Below, one piece after another: positions 9,805 to 20,042 of a stretch of 64,000 bases of DNA; the stretch's first letter is position 1; each line of letters starts with the position of its first letter. Made by a program: the position numbers and the translations under genes. The notes beneath the pieces are model-generated. The model searched no databases. It was not told the DNA's origin and saw only the letters and a list, made by a program, of their open reading frames with translations. Source of the stretch: Lysobacterales bacterium (GTDB taxonomy: Bacteria; Pseudomonadota; Gammaproteobacteria; Xanthomonadales; SZUA-5); NCBI GenBank assembly GCA_022844165.1, contig JALHMH010000008.1, positions 32,001 through 96,000 on the forward strand, given 5' to 3'.

Positions 9805-12315
9805 ATGGCAGGAATGGGTTCGAACGACGTCAGCTACCCGCGACTGGAGAAGCTGATCTTTGGTAACCGCGGAATCGTACTCGGTATCTTCATTCTGATT
9901 ACGCTCGGTTTCCTAATGGCGGCGATGCAACTTCGCATCGATGCCGGGTTCCGCAAGCAGTTACCGCTGAATCATGAGTACATGCAGACCTTCGTCGACT
10001 ACGAGACGGAGTTTGGCGGCGCAAATCGCGTTTTCGTTGCGCTGATCGACAAACGCGGTGATATGTTCAACAAAGAGTTTTTCACGGCTTTGGAGAAGGC
10101 GACGGAGCAGGTTAAGGCGATCAGCGAAGTGGACAATTCGCGAGTGCGATCGATCTTTACGCCAAATACGCGCTTTGTCGAAATCGTAGAAGGTGGATTC
10201 GCGGGCGGAAACGTTATCCCGGCAGATTTCTCGACGACCGCGCCAGATTTCAATCCGACCGCTGACGATTTCGATGCAATCCGAACCAATATCGTAAAAG
10301 CGGGAATTGTCGGGCGCCTTGTTGCGAAAGACTTCTCTGGCGCGATGGTTCAAGCAGAGTTGATTCCTGAGACGGCTGCAGAAGGTGGCAAACTCGACTA
10401 CCAAGGGGTCGGCGATAAACTCGAGCAGATTCGTGCTGCCATCGAAAACAATAATATCAGTGTGCATATTATCGGGTTTACGAAGGTGGTTGACGACATC
10501 GCCGATGGTGCCAGGTCGGTCATTTACTTCTTTCTGCTCACAGTCGTCTTTACTTTCATTCTGCTCTACGTCTACTCGACTTCGTTCAAGCTCGCGATGT
10601 TGACGGTCGTGGCGGCTTTCGTGGCAGTCATCTGGATGCTTGGTGCTTTGCGTTTGATGGGTTTTGGTATTGACCCGATGAACATGCTGACACCATTCCT
10701 GATATTCGCCATCGCAGTCAGTCACGGCGAGCAGATGATCAATCGCTATCGCGGCGAGGTGTTTTTCGGTGGGCTCGAAGAGGGTACACCTGAGGAGTTG
10801 GAGAAGCGTCAAGGAGTGTCAAGCGAGGAGGCAGCGAAGAGTGCATTCCGACGCTTGTTGATTCCCGGTTGCGTCGCCTTGCTCGCCGGGTGCATTGGCT
10901 TCGGGACGATTCTACTGATCCCAGTGAAGATGATCTTTGAGTTGGCTGTGACAGCCACGGTTGGCGTCTTTTTGACGATATTTACCAACTTGATCCTGCT
11001 GCCCATTCTGTTGTCTTACACCAAGCTGTCGAACCTGCCTAAGAAGCGTGCGTTCCGCTTGCGGCAGATCACAGCATTCGATCACATTTGGGCGTTTTTG
11101 ACACGTTTCTCCCGCCCCGCAGTGGCCGCGGGCATCATTGTGATGGGTTTGGTGGTGTGGTTCTTCGCGCACAAACATGCCGAGCAAATGATGGTCGGCG
11201 ATGCACGGGATGGTGTTGCCGAATTGCGCGACGACGCGCGGTACAACCAGGACGCGCGCGAGATTACGCAGCGATTTTCGCTGTCGACCGACATCATCAA
11301 CATCATTGCCGAAGTGGGTCCTTTCGCATGTACCGAGAGTTTCCGGGCGATGGAGACGCTCGACCGTTTCGCATGGCATATGCAGAATGTTGAGGGCGTG
11401 CAGCAAGTTATCACCCTCTCGCACGTCGGGCGAATGGTCACGGCCGGCTATAACGAAGGCAGTCCGCGCTGGCGCGCTTTGCCTAGAAACGCTGAGGTCA
11501 TGCGCCAGAGTTTGCAAAGCGTCGAGACAGATTCGGGATTGATCGATGCGCCAGAATGCAGAGCGATGCCGGTTATTGTCTTTACCACCGATCACAAAGC
11601 AGAGACGATCACGCGTGTGGTCAATGCGGTGAAATCGTTCCGTGAGAAGAACCAGGCTTTCGACATGAGTTTTCGTGTCGAGCGCGACAAGGCGGAAGTC
11701 GCGGCGATGGAAACCGGCGAGGAGTATCGAACCGATCAGGTCAACCTGCGTCTGGCGACCGGCAGCGTAGGCGTTGCCGCAGCAATCAATGAGACGGTCA
11801 GCGAACTCGAAAAACCGATGCTCTATTTGTTGTATGTAGCCGTGTTCTTGATGTGCATTCTGAGTTTCAAGAACCCGCTTGCAGCTTTGTGCATTGTTTT
11901 GCCGCTCATTCTGGTGACAGCGCTCGGTGAGGCCTTAATGGTCGAGCTTGGTATAGGCCTCAAAGTCAATACCCTCACGGTCGTCGCCCTGGGGGTCGGC
12001 ATCGGTGTCGATTATGCGATTTACATTTTTGCGCGAATGCGCGAGCTGATGCTTCAGGGTAAGGGGCTGAGTCAAGCTTACTTTGAAGCACTGAAAACGA
12101 CCGGAATTGCCATCTTCTACACCGCGCTGACGCTGGCTTGCGGTGTGGCAACATGGATATTCTCGGAGCTCAAATTCCAGGCGGACATGGGCTTGATGCT
12201 GACCTTCATGTTTGTAGTCAATATGATCGCCGCCATCGTCTTCCTGCCAGCATTGTGCCGCTGGTTATTGAAGCCTTTCGAGAAAGTGGAGTGGACCCCG
12301 CCCAAATCTGCTTAG
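9805..12315 (+). CDS. RND superfamily (MMPL/HpnN-like) inner-membrane transporter
   Basis: Two repeats of TM + large periplasmic loop + 5 TM; FGGANRV, AIAVSHG, GVGIGVDYAIY and FQADMGLMLTFMF motifs. Confidence 0.92.
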   Translation: MAGMGSNDVSYPRLEKLIFGNRGIVLGIFILITLGFLMAAMQLRIDAGFRKQLPLNHEYMQTFVDYETEFGGANRVFVALIDKRGDMFNKEFFTALEKATEQVKAISEVDNSRVRSIFTPNTRFVEIVEGGFAGGNVIPADFSTTAPDFNPTADDFDAIRTNIVKAGIVGRLVAKDFSGAMVQAELIPETAAEGGKLDYQGVGDKLEQIRAAIENNNISVHIIGFTKVVDDIADGARSVIYFFLLTVVFTFILLYVYSTSFKLAMLTVVAAFVAVIWMLGALRLMGFGIDPMNMLTPFLIFAIAVSHGEQMINRYRGEVFFGGLEEGTPEELEKRQGVSSEEAAKSAFRRLLIPGCVALLAGCIGFGTILLIPVKMIFELAVTATVGVFLTIFTNLILLPILLSYTKLSNLPKKRAFRLRQITAFDHIWAFLTRFSRPAVAAGIIVMGLVVWFFAHKHAEQMMVGDARDGVAELRDDARYNQDAREITQRFSLSTDIINIIAEVGPFACTESFRAMETLDRFAWHMQNVEGVQQVITLSHVGRMVTAGYNEGSPRWRALPRNAEVMRQSLQSVETDSGLIDAPECRAMPVIVFTTDHKAETITRVVNAVKSFREKNQAFDMSFRVERDKAEVAAMETGEEYRTDQVNLRLATGSVGVAAAINETVSELEKPMLYLLYVAVFLMCILSFKNPLAALCIVLPLILVTALGEALMVELGIGLKVNTLTVVALGVGIGVDYAIYIFARMRELMLQGKGLSQAYFEALKTTGIAIFYTALTLACGVATWIFSELKFQADMGLMLTFMFVVNMIAAIVFLPALCRWLLKPFEKVEWTPPKSA

Positions 12316-12350
12316 CGATTGGCTTCGCCGAAGCCCCGATTGATGAGGCT

Positions 12351-12381
12351 CAACGAGGCGGCGCTCAGCGCCGCTTCGTTG
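12351..12381 (+). terminator. strong hairpin closing the lipase-DUF1302-RND operon
   Basis: CAACGAGGCGGCGC...GCGCCGCTTCGTTG stem (one G-U pair), 35 nt after the RND stop codon. Confidence 0.6.
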
Positions 12382-12729
12382 TTGGGCAACAAAGAAGGCG
12401 AAGATCGCCATTGTTGCGTGGCGACCGGAGCTGCGTCGCAAGATGCGTGCGCTCAGAATCCGCGGCACCACGAATGAATGGCAAGTGGCAAGGTCGGTGC
12501 GCCGTCGTCGGCCGCATTCTCCAAACAGCGATGTCTCCGTGGTGTGGCGTCGATCGGACTGCATTGAACTTCGATCCGAGGACCAGGTTCGACTGCTGAA
12601 GGCGCCTTTTGGCTGCGGACGATGATCCACTCGGTATCATTCGATGTTGGATCGCTCGCCCGAGAGGAGACGGATCCCGTGAAACGATCTATCCGGCCCC
12701 GTGACGCTCCGGTCCAATCACGCGATTGC

Positions 12730-15654
12730 ATGACCAGGCAATTTGCTTGCGCTGCTTTTTTCTTTCTTGCCCACTCGATCTCTGGTGATGCTTCCGAGCG
12801 GCGGACTTTGCCAGCACCGTTGGCGCGAATTCCGATGGAGCTGGATTGGACGGCATACAAGGTATTCGACAGCAATTCCGGCCTGCCGCAGAACACGGTG
12901 CTGGCCATTGGCCAAGACGACTTCGGCTTCATCTTTGTTGGCACCGAGCGTGGATTGGCCCGATACGATGGGCGGGCGTTTGAGGCGGTGCCTTTGGGCG
13001 AAAGCTCAGAGCCGGTTCGCGCCATTTCGAATGCAGATCATGCGCTCTGGGTGGGTACCGATTCTGGTATCTGGCGTCTGGCTGAAGATATGGCGCGGCC
13101 TGTTCATATCGCGGTTCCTGGGGTGAATCGATTCCTCCCCAGCACCGATCTGATGTGGGTTGCAACGACCGTAGGGCTTTGGCGTTGCGCCTACGCCGAT
13201 GTCCGCAGCGATCGCCGTTGTGAACGGATCGAAGCGACAAGAGAACTGGGCATTCGAAGTCTGTTGGCCGACGGGGTCGATGCGCTGTGGCTGGGAACCA
13301 ACGGACAAGGACTTCGACGTCTCGTGGATCTTCGTGGTGTACCGAGGCTCGATGACTTCCATTTCGACCGCGACGATGGTGTGCCCAACAATATCGTCAT
13401 CTCCCTGGGGACGTGGCGAGGTGATTTGTGGATTGGCGCGGGGCGTGGTTTTGCGCGGTTACGCGATGATCGTCTTCGCGTCTGGTCTGCGGCCAGCGGT
13501 CTGGCGCCCGCAATGGCTTTTGATTTCGACGCGGGCGAAGATGGCATGTCTGTTGCGATGCGACCTGGCGGCATCGTACGCGTCGATGCAGCGGACAACT
13601 GGTATTCACAGCGGGGCGCGAATGGTCTGCCCGACGACAATGTGCAGGTGTTGTTTCGCGAGCGACACACGCGGAACTTGTGGATCGGCACTTACGGCGG
13701 CGGAATTGCCCGCGAAGAACGCGGGCGATTCGCTGTTCTTGACCAGCGCCGGGGTTTGCCCGATCGCGCGGTAGTTGGGCTCGGTTTGATCGAAGATCAG
13801 CTGTGGGTTGGCACGCCACGTGGCGCGGTCGTTTGGCAAGATGGCGCTTTTGTGCCGCTACTGCCAGATGCCTATGCCGATCTCCACGTCCGTGCGGCGT
13901 TGCGGACGGAAGGCGGCGAGCGCCTCATCGCGACCGACCGCGGTCTGCTGCTGCAACGCAGCGACGGTGAGGTGGTGGAGTACACCGTCGACAATTCTGA
14001 GTTGCCGGCCGTTGCGGCCAACGATCTTGCGCGAACAGGCGGAATCGTATGGGTCGCAACCAGTCATGGACTCGCGCGCTGGACCGCGACAGAGGGTCTG
14101 CGCGGAATGCGCGACGCCGACGGTTTGCCAGACGGTGCGGCCATTCAAGCGATGGCCAGCGATAGCGTCGAACGCCTGGTTGTTGCGACAGACAAAGGTG
14201 TCTGGCGATGGCAGGACGGGAGATTCGAGCCTGCCCGCGATGCTTGCGTTGGTCGGTTGGCGATCAACGATCTGAGCATCGACAGAGAGCGAATCTTGAT
14301 TGCGGCGCGCGAACGCCTTGTGGCATGGACGCCTGGCCGTGGGTGCAGCGATGTACCGAACTCGCCGAAGGGCGATGGCTGGACCCATATTCGCCATAAG
14401 CCAGGCGGTTTTGCAGCCAGCAATGCCCAAGGTCTTTGGCTGGTCGATGAGCGCGGTGCGCGGCTCTTTGGACTGGATGATGGCATGCCTTCGCGCGAGC
14501 TGGCTCGGGGCAACACGCTCGCCATCGACGCTTCGGCCCGCGTTTTCGTCGGCACGCATCTGGGCGTCGGCGCCTTGCGTGATGTGCAGATCGAACCGAA
14601 CCGACCGGCGCCATTGCGTCTTTGGGCCAGTCTTGCCGATGGTACGCCGATAGCTTCCGGTACAACGCTCTCTCGGTCTGAGGCCAGCGTGCATTTTCGC
14701 TACCGGCTGCTCAACTTCGATCGCGAACATCTGCATCGATACGCCAGGCAACTGTCCAGCATCGATTCGAGCATCGTGCGCGACGCGAGTGCTGCTGAAA
14801 GCGATTATGTCCGACTGCCAGCAGGTTCCTATCAATTTCGGGTGTGGGGCGCCGACGCCGATGGAACCGAATCTGGCCCGCTGACGTTTAGCTTCACGGT
14901 CGCAGCGCCATGGTGGCAACGCTGGCCCACCTTGGTCGCAGGTGCTGCGCTCCTGTTAGCCGGTGGTGTGCTGGTTGGGCGTCTCAGGACGCGAGCTTTG
15001 CAGCGCCGTGCAATCGAATTGCAGGAGCAAGTCCAACTGCGAACGTCCGAACTTGCCGAAGCGAATCAACGCCTCGCACAGGCGGCGCTGGCGGATCCGC
15101 TCACCGGTTTGCGCAATCGCAGATACTTGACCCAAATCCAGTCCGACGAAGAAGAGCGGGCCACGCGCCGGACACGCGCTGGCGATCGTCATGCAGACCT
15201 GGTGGTGGTTCTGCTGGACCTGGATCATTTCAAACACATCAACGACCAGTACGGGCACCCGGCAGGCGATGCGGTGCTTGTGGCCACCGCGCAGCGTCTG
15301 ACGGGTGTGGCACGCGCGGGTGACGCGGTGCTGCGTTGGGGCGGCGAGGAGTTTTTGTTGCTCATGCGCGATAGCGATCGCGGCGCGCTCGTAGAGATTG
15401 CCGGTCGTGTGCTCGCCGCGGTCCATGGCGATGTTGAGTTCGGTGGCCGTCGCATCGCAGTCACCGCCAGCGCAGGCGTTGTGGCCTTTCCGGTGTATCG
15501 TCGGCCGGATGCTGGTTTGAACGAAGCCATTGTGATTGCCGACGGCGCTCTGTACGCGGCCAAACGCAACGGCCGGGATGGTGCCGTTGCGATACACAAT
15601 GACGAACAGATTTGGATCAAACGCCCATGGATCGACAGCAGTTCATCGAGTTAG
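12730..15654 (+). CDS. ligand-binding beta-propeller (Reg_prop/Y_Y_Y) sensor diguanylate cyclase
   Basis: Repeated GLP.N.V..LW.GT..GL blades, LPAGSYQFRV (Y_Y_Y), TM helix after PWWQRW, DPLTGLRNRR, LDLDHFKHINDQYGH..GD and RWGGEEF. Start uncertain (12622-12730). Confidence 0.9.
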   Translation: MTRQFACAAFFFLAHSISGDASERRTLPAPLARIPMELDWTAYKVFDSNSGLPQNTVLAIGQDDFGFIFVGTERGLARYDGRAFEAVPLGESSEPVRAISNADHALWVGTDSGIWRLAEDMARPVHIAVPGVNRFLPSTDLMWVATTVGLWRCAYADVRSDRRCERIEATRELGIRSLLADGVDALWLGTNGQGLRRLVDLRGVPRLDDFHFDRDDGVPNNIVISLGTWRGDLWIGAGRGFARLRDDRLRVWSAASGLAPAMAFDFDAGEDGMSVAMRPGGIVRVDAADNWYSQRGANGLPDDNVQVLFRERHTRNLWIGTYGGGIAREERGRFAVLDQRRGLPDRAVVGLGLIEDQLWVGTPRGAVVWQDGAFVPLLPDAYADLHVRAALRTEGGERLIATDRGLLLQRSDGEVVEYTVDNSELPAVAANDLARTGGIVWVATSHGLARWTATEGLRGMRDADGLPDGAAIQAMASDSVERLVVATDKGVWRWQDGRFEPARDACVGRLAINDLSIDRERILIAARERLVAWTPGRGCSDVPNSPKGDGWTHIRHKPGGFAASNAQGLWLVDERGARLFGLDDGMPSRELARGNTLAIDASARVFVGTHLGVGALRDVQIEPNRPAPLRLWASLADGTPIASGTTLSRSEASVHFRYRLLNFDREHLHRYARQLSSIDSSIVRDASAAESDYVRLPAGSYQFRVWGADADGTESGPLTFSFTVAAPWWQRWPTLVAGAALLLAGGVLVGRLRTRALQRRAIELQEQVQLRTSELAEANQRLAQAALADPLTGLRNRRYLTQIQSDEEERATRRTRAGDRHADLVVVLLDLDHFKHINDQYGHPAGDAVLVATAQRLTGVARAGDAVLRWGGEEFLLLMRDSDRGALVEIAGRVLAAVHGDVEFGGRRIAVTASAGVVAFPVYRRPDAGLNEAIVIADGALYAAKRNGRDGAVAIHNDEQIWIKRPWIDSSSSS

Positions 15655-16604
15655 CGCATTCGCAAGCTTGGTCGCCGCAAGAAATATCGCGCGCTGCAGA
15701 ATTGTTGGATCTTCGACCTGACATCGCCCAGTGGTGGCGGTTCGCTCTGTCGTTGTTGCGCGGTGTGGGCAGCGGTTTGCTCGCGGCGGGGATTGTCTGT
15801 TTTGTTGCCGCAAACTGGCAGGACTTCGGCATCTGGGGCAGATTCGCACTGCTGCAACTGGTTTTCGCCAGTGCAGCGCTTTTGGCCTGGTGGCGTCCGC
15901 CGCCGGATGTGTTTGGCGAAACCGGTTGCTTTCTAGCCGCTTTTTTGATCGGCTGCTTGTTCGCGCTTTTTGGGCAGCACTATCAGACGGGCGCCGATGT
16001 GCATGAGCTGTTCTTCTCCTGGGCACTGATTGCCTTGCCCTTTGCGTTCGCATCAAAAAGCGGTGCAACGGCGGCATTGATCGTGGTGGTACTGAACATT
16101 GGGCTGGCGCTCTGGGCCAGCGTTTTCGGCTTCGAACGGGTGGTCGCAAATCTGATCTGGGGATTCCAGCGGCCGCAGGTGGCACTCTCCGTGGCGGTAC
16201 TGGCAAATCTGGCGGCACTCGCGATGCTTTGGTTTCGAGGTCAACGCCAGCACTGGTTGCTTGCGCTTCCGCTCCTCGCGGGGACGGTTTTTTCCTGCGT
16301 GGCCTGTGCGTTGACGGCGTGGGAAGGAAGCATCACGGCATGGTTGATGTTTGCATTGGGATTTGTTGCCTTGTTGACGGCAGCGCGCGCGCTCTCACGG
16401 CACTTGCGCAACGTCCTGCCCGAGACGATCGCTGCCGCGGGTCTGATCGCCGTCACAACGATTCTGTGGGTGCGGATTCTGTACGATGCGATTGATGACG
16501 CGATCTTGCCGAGCTTGTTCATAGCGATCTGGATCGGCGGTTTCGCCGCGTTTCTCGGTTCCAAATTGCTTGCCCGCCATCGAAGCTACGGAGCGGCCCG
16601 ATGA
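15627..16604 (+). CDS. DUF2157 domain membrane protein
   Basis: GIVCFVAANW..GQHYQTGAD..LFFSWA motif; multiple TM segments; overlaps the cyclase stop by 28 nt. Confidence 0.85.
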   Translation: MDRQQFIELAHSQAWSPQEISRAAELLDLRPDIAQWWRFALSLLRGVGSGLLAAGIVCFVAANWQDFGIWGRFALLQLVFASAALLAWWRPPPDVFGETGCFLAAFLIGCLFALFGQHYQTGADVHELFFSWALIALPFAFASKSGATAALIVVVLNIGLALWASVFGFERVVANLIWGFQRPQVALSVAVLANLAALAMLWFRGQRQHWLLALPLLAGTVFSCVACALTAWEGSITAWLMFALGFVALLTAARALSRHLRNVLPETIAAAGLIAVTTILWVRILYDAIDDAILPSLFIAIWIGGFAAFLGSKLLARHRSYGAAR

Positions 16605-17542
16605 ACTTGCGCGACATTGATGTCGTGCGGCTCACTGAAGCGGGCCTGCTGACGCGCGACTTGCCTCAGAGTCGAACATCGCCGTGGATGCTGAAGTTGC
16701 TGCTAGGTGGTGCGGCTTGGTTCGCGGCGATTTTTGTCATCGCCTTCGTCGCGTTGTTGTTCGAGCCGGATACGCCCATCGAAGCCGGCATTCTCGGCAT
16801 CGTGTTACTCGGCGGCGCTTTTGCGTTGTTCCTCGGATCGAAATCGCTATTCGTGGAACAGGTTGCGCTCGCGGCGTCGATGGCTGGCCAGGGTTTTTTG
16901 TTGTTCGCTGCTTATGAGGCGATCAAGTTCGACACGATTCGATCCGCGACCTTTGTCGCATGCGCGATTCAGATCGGCGTATTCCTGCTGTTGCCCAATC
17001 ACCTGAGCCGACTGCTCAGCGCCTTTTTTGCAGCGCTCGCCTGGTCGCTCGCGTGGCGCAGCAACTGGATTGATGGATACGGACCTGGACCTGGCGGGTT
17101 CATCGGCATTCTCGACTGGCTTTATGGCGTCCTGCCGTTGATGGCGTTGGTCGCCGCGCTGTTGTTCAACGAACGTCGCTGGCTTGCGACGTCCCTGCAG
17201 AGCTGGTTGCTGCCAGCCACAATCAGCCTGATCGCTGCACTCTGTGTGGCACCGATCGTGATGTTGCCCTTCGAGCGTAGCAGCCTGTTCGGCGGTGGCA
17301 GCATTGGCTTGGCGCTGTGGCCCTTGTTATCGCTGGCCACCGCGTTATGCGCACTTGCGGCGGCGCGGTATCTCGCCCATCCGGCGCTGATGGCGTTGGC
17401 CATCGTCAGCGCCATCTTCAGCGTCATCGCGTTCTACTATGAACTCAGTATTCCACTACTCGCGAAGTCGCTGCTGATGCTGGCACTCGCCGCGATCGCC
17501 TTCGCGACACACGGCGTATTGCGCAAGAAGGGGGTCGCATGA
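16601..17542 (+). CDS. DUF4401 domain membrane protein
   Basis: SPW..L.G.AAW.AA, EQ.ALA.S.AGQ and FYYEL..PLLAKS motifs; ATGA coupling to the previous gene. Confidence 0.85.
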   Translation: MNLRDIDVVRLTEAGLLTRDLPQSRTSPWMLKLLLGGAAWFAAIFVIAFVALLFEPDTPIEAGILGIVLLGGAFALFLGSKSLFVEQVALAASMAGQGFLLFAAYEAIKFDTIRSATFVACAIQIGVFLLLPNHLSRLLSAFFAALAWSLAWRSNWIDGYGPGPGGFIGILDWLYGVLPLMALVAALLFNERRWLATSLQSWLLPATISLIAALCVAPIVMLPFERSSLFGGGSIGLALWPLLSLATALCALAAARYLAHPALMALAIVSAIFSVIAFYYELSIPLLAKSLLMLALAAIAFATHGVLRKKGVA

Positions 17543-18015
17543 ATGCTCGATTCTGGATATCGATCGGCGCTGCCGTCGGCCTGTTTGCCATCAACTTCGC
17601 CATCGCTGGTAAGGAACGCATTGTGCGTTCCGGGATGCCGGTTTATCTGGCGCTTGCGCCGGTCGACCCGCGGTCGTTGATGCAGGGCGACTATATGGCG
17701 CTGCGCTTTGCCATCGCCGACCAGATCGCCGCCGAGATCGCCAATCACGGTGGCGATCGCCGCGAAGGCAAGTTTTACACGGTAGGCGTTGATGTCGACC
17801 AGCAGGGCGTGGCAACCCTGTCCGCGACCGCCACGCAACGACTCCGATATCGCTGGCGCAATGGCCAGCCATGGATCGGCACGAATGCGTTCTTCTTTGA
17901 AGAAGGCAGCGCCGGGAAGTTCGAAGGCGCCCAATTCGGCGAATTTCGCCTCGATCCAGAAACTGGCGAAGCAGTTCTAATCCGGCTTGTGGACGTGCCG
18001 AACAGCGAGCGATGA
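17539..18015 (+). CDS. GDYXXLXY domain membrane-anchored protein
   Basis: LAPVDPRSLMQGDYMALRF and AFFFEEG motifs; N-terminal TM; ATGA coupling. Confidence 0.9.
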   Translation: MNARFWISIGAAVGLFAINFAIAGKERIVRSGMPVYLALAPVDPRSLMQGDYMALRFAIADQIAAEIANHGGDRREGKFYTVGVDVDQQGVATLSATATQRLRYRWRNGQPWIGTNAFFFEEGSAGKFEGAQFGEFRLDPETGEAVLIRLVDVPNSER

Positions 18016-18909
18016 ATCGAGGACTCCGCCTGAGCGCGCCTTGCCGACCTTGCTGGCATTGGCCCGGCCCAGTCGTTCGCTGATCCACTGCCCGGTCGCA
18101 ACAAGTCGATCAAAGTCGATACCGTGTTCGATACCCAGTCCGTCCAATAGATACACCACGTCTTCGGTTGCGACGTTGCCGCTGGCGCCCTTCGCGTAAG
18201 GGCAACCGCCCAAACCGCCGACGGCGGCGTCGATCACACGAACGCCGGCGTCCAGGCAACGCAGAATATTCGCCACCGCCATTCCATAGGTGTCGTGAAA
18301 GTGCACCGCGAGCGCGCCCATCGGAATCTCGCTGGCAACGGCCATCAACATCTGCCGGGCTTTTTCCGGGGTGCCGACGCCGATCGTATCGCCCAGCGAA
18401 ATTTCGTAAGCGCCCATGGCGTACAGTGCGCGGGCAACGCGGACGACTTCGCTGTTCGGGACCTGGCCTTGGTAAGGACATCCAAGGACGGTGGACACGT
18501 ATCCACGCACACGCACATCGTCGGCTCGCGCCGCTTCCAGGATCGGGGCAAAGCGCGCCAGCGACTCATCGATGCCGGCATTCGTGTTTTTGCGATTGAA
18601 GGCCTCGCTGGCCGCAGTGAAGACAGCCACTTCTTTTGCGCCGGCTGCCCGGGCGCGCTCGTAACCCTTGAAATTCGGCACCAGAACCGGCAACGCCACA
18701 CCCGCTGGCGCAGTCAGCGCCGACATCACATCGGCGGCGTCCGCCAATTGCGGTACCCACTGTGGGCTCACGAAACTGGTTGCTTCGACGGTTCGATGTC
18801 CGCAGTCGATCAGCCGCCGGATCAGTTCGATTTTGTCGTTCGTTGCGACGTTCCTGGCCTCATTCTGCAATCCATCACGAGGGCCGACTTCGACAATGCG
18901 TATTTTCAT
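17977..18909 (-). CDS. hmgL: hydroxymethylglutaryl-CoA lyase
   Basis: EVGPRDGLQNE, HFHDTYG and GGCPYAKGASGNVATED motifs. Confidence 0.95.
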   Translation of the reverse strand: MKIRIVEVGPRDGLQNEARNVATNDKIELIRRLIDCGHRTVEATSFVSPQWVPQLADAADVMSALTAPAGVALPVLVPNFKGYERARAAGAKEVAVFTAASEAFNRKNTNAGIDESLARFAPILEAARADDVRVRGYVSTVLGCPYQGQVPNSEVVRVARALYAMGAYEISLGDTIGVGTPEKARQMLMAVASEIPMGALAVHFHDTYGMAVANILRCLDAGVRVIDAAVGGLGGCPYAKGASGNVATEDVVYLLDGLGIEHGIDFDRLVATGQWISERLGRANASKVGKARSGGVLDSSLAVRHVHKPD

Positions 18910-19025
18910 GGGATGGTAGTCGACAGGGTGGTAAGTGATCGGCTGTCACGCGTTCCGGGCCGCGTATGTGGTCGCCTCTGAGCCATTCGTCCGCGACGAG
19001 CAACGACAAACTACACCCAGGTGGA

Positions 19026-20042
19026 CTACCGCGGCGAGTGTTTGATCGCGCGCCACAGCAACTTGAGTCCAGTCATCCAGCGTCTCAGGTAGGCGAGCGG
19101 AAGGGAACCGCGATTCGTCAATCGGTAACGTGCGCGCATGTATGCGGCGCTCGGAACCAATCGACGCCACAAGTTAGGCGTCTGCGATTCCAGGTACACG
19201 CGATCGCCGGCCCGGTCCGGGCGAAAAGGTTCTTCGGCAGCTGCGGCCTTGAGCAAAGCTAAAGTTGCCATCGGCCAGGAATACTGAAAATACTCGGTGC
19301 AAGCACGCATTGCGTCGACGCACGGTGCCGCCAACGCCAGATCGCTGGCACGGGCGACCAGTGTTGACCATTCTTCTTCGTCGAAACGCTGCGACAGAAC
19401 AACGAAGTCGTAAAGCCAGATGAGGCGGTCGGCCGCTCCGATCTGGGCATTCGCCATGCGGTGGATGGCAGCATGCAAAAAAGCGTCGACCGGACTGAGC
19501 GCATCCATCGGTGGTTCGCCGACGCGGTGGCAACGCGAATGAAGATCGGCAAAGGTCAGGCGTTTGCCGAGAATGGGATGTGTGCTGAGGCGCCAATGCA
19601 GGTCAATCTGCAATTCGGGCCGGACCATCGTGAATTGAACACCATCCGGCAACCAGGAATCTGGGTCGATCGAGTATCCAAGCAGCGATAGTGCATCAGC
19701 CGCTTGACGCGCATCGGCCTCAGAAGCAAACAGCAAATCCAGATCTTCGCGCGCGCGCAGATGCGGCATCCGATAACAACTATTCGCTAATGCCTCGCCC
19801 TTCAGTACCAGGAATGGAACGGCGATGGCGGCCAACACCGCCCGTACGGCAGGCTCTCTGGCCATCTGCCAGGCGATCGCGCCCCGCTGCGCGCGGACGA
19901 TGGCATCGGGCGCCGACGGGCCAAGCGCCTCGAACAAGAGCGCAGTGACACCTTCGCGTTTGCACAGACCAGCAAGGTCCGCCGGCGGCGGTTCGAGTAT
20001 CCGGCCGAATAATGCCGCGCCCAACCAGGCGCGCTCATCCAC
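19026..20042 (-). CDS. nucleotidyltransferase family protein (NTP_transf_5-like)
   Basis: LKG.ALA...Y....R...DLDLL, IDLHWR and RLIWLYD motifs; GTG start overlaps the fumC stop. Confidence 0.8.
   Translation of the reverse strand: MDERAWLGAALFGRILEPPPADLAGLCKREGVTALLFEALGPSAPDAIVRAQRGAIAWQMAREPAVRAVLAAIAVPFLVLKGEALANSCYRMPHLRAREDLDLLFASEADARQAADALSLLGYSIDPDSWLPDGVQFTMVRPELQIDLHWRLSTHPILGKRLTFADLHSRCHRVGEPPMDALSPVDAFLHAAIHRMANAQIGAADRLIWLYDFVVLSQRFDEEEWSTLVARASDLALAAPCVDAMRACTEYFQYSWPMATLALLKAAAAEEPFRPDRAGDRVYLESQTPNLWRRLVPSAAYMRARYRLTNRGSLPLAYLRRWMTGLKLLWRAIKHSPR

Noticed and set aside
12443-12625. 60-aa ORF between the RND terminator and the cyclase
   Set aside because: No RBS, Arg-rich composition and no recognisable family.
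17977-18015. Convergent 3' overlaps (also 30716-30750)
   Set aside because: Short tail-to-tail overlaps are common in compact GC-rich genomes and nothing here suggests a function.
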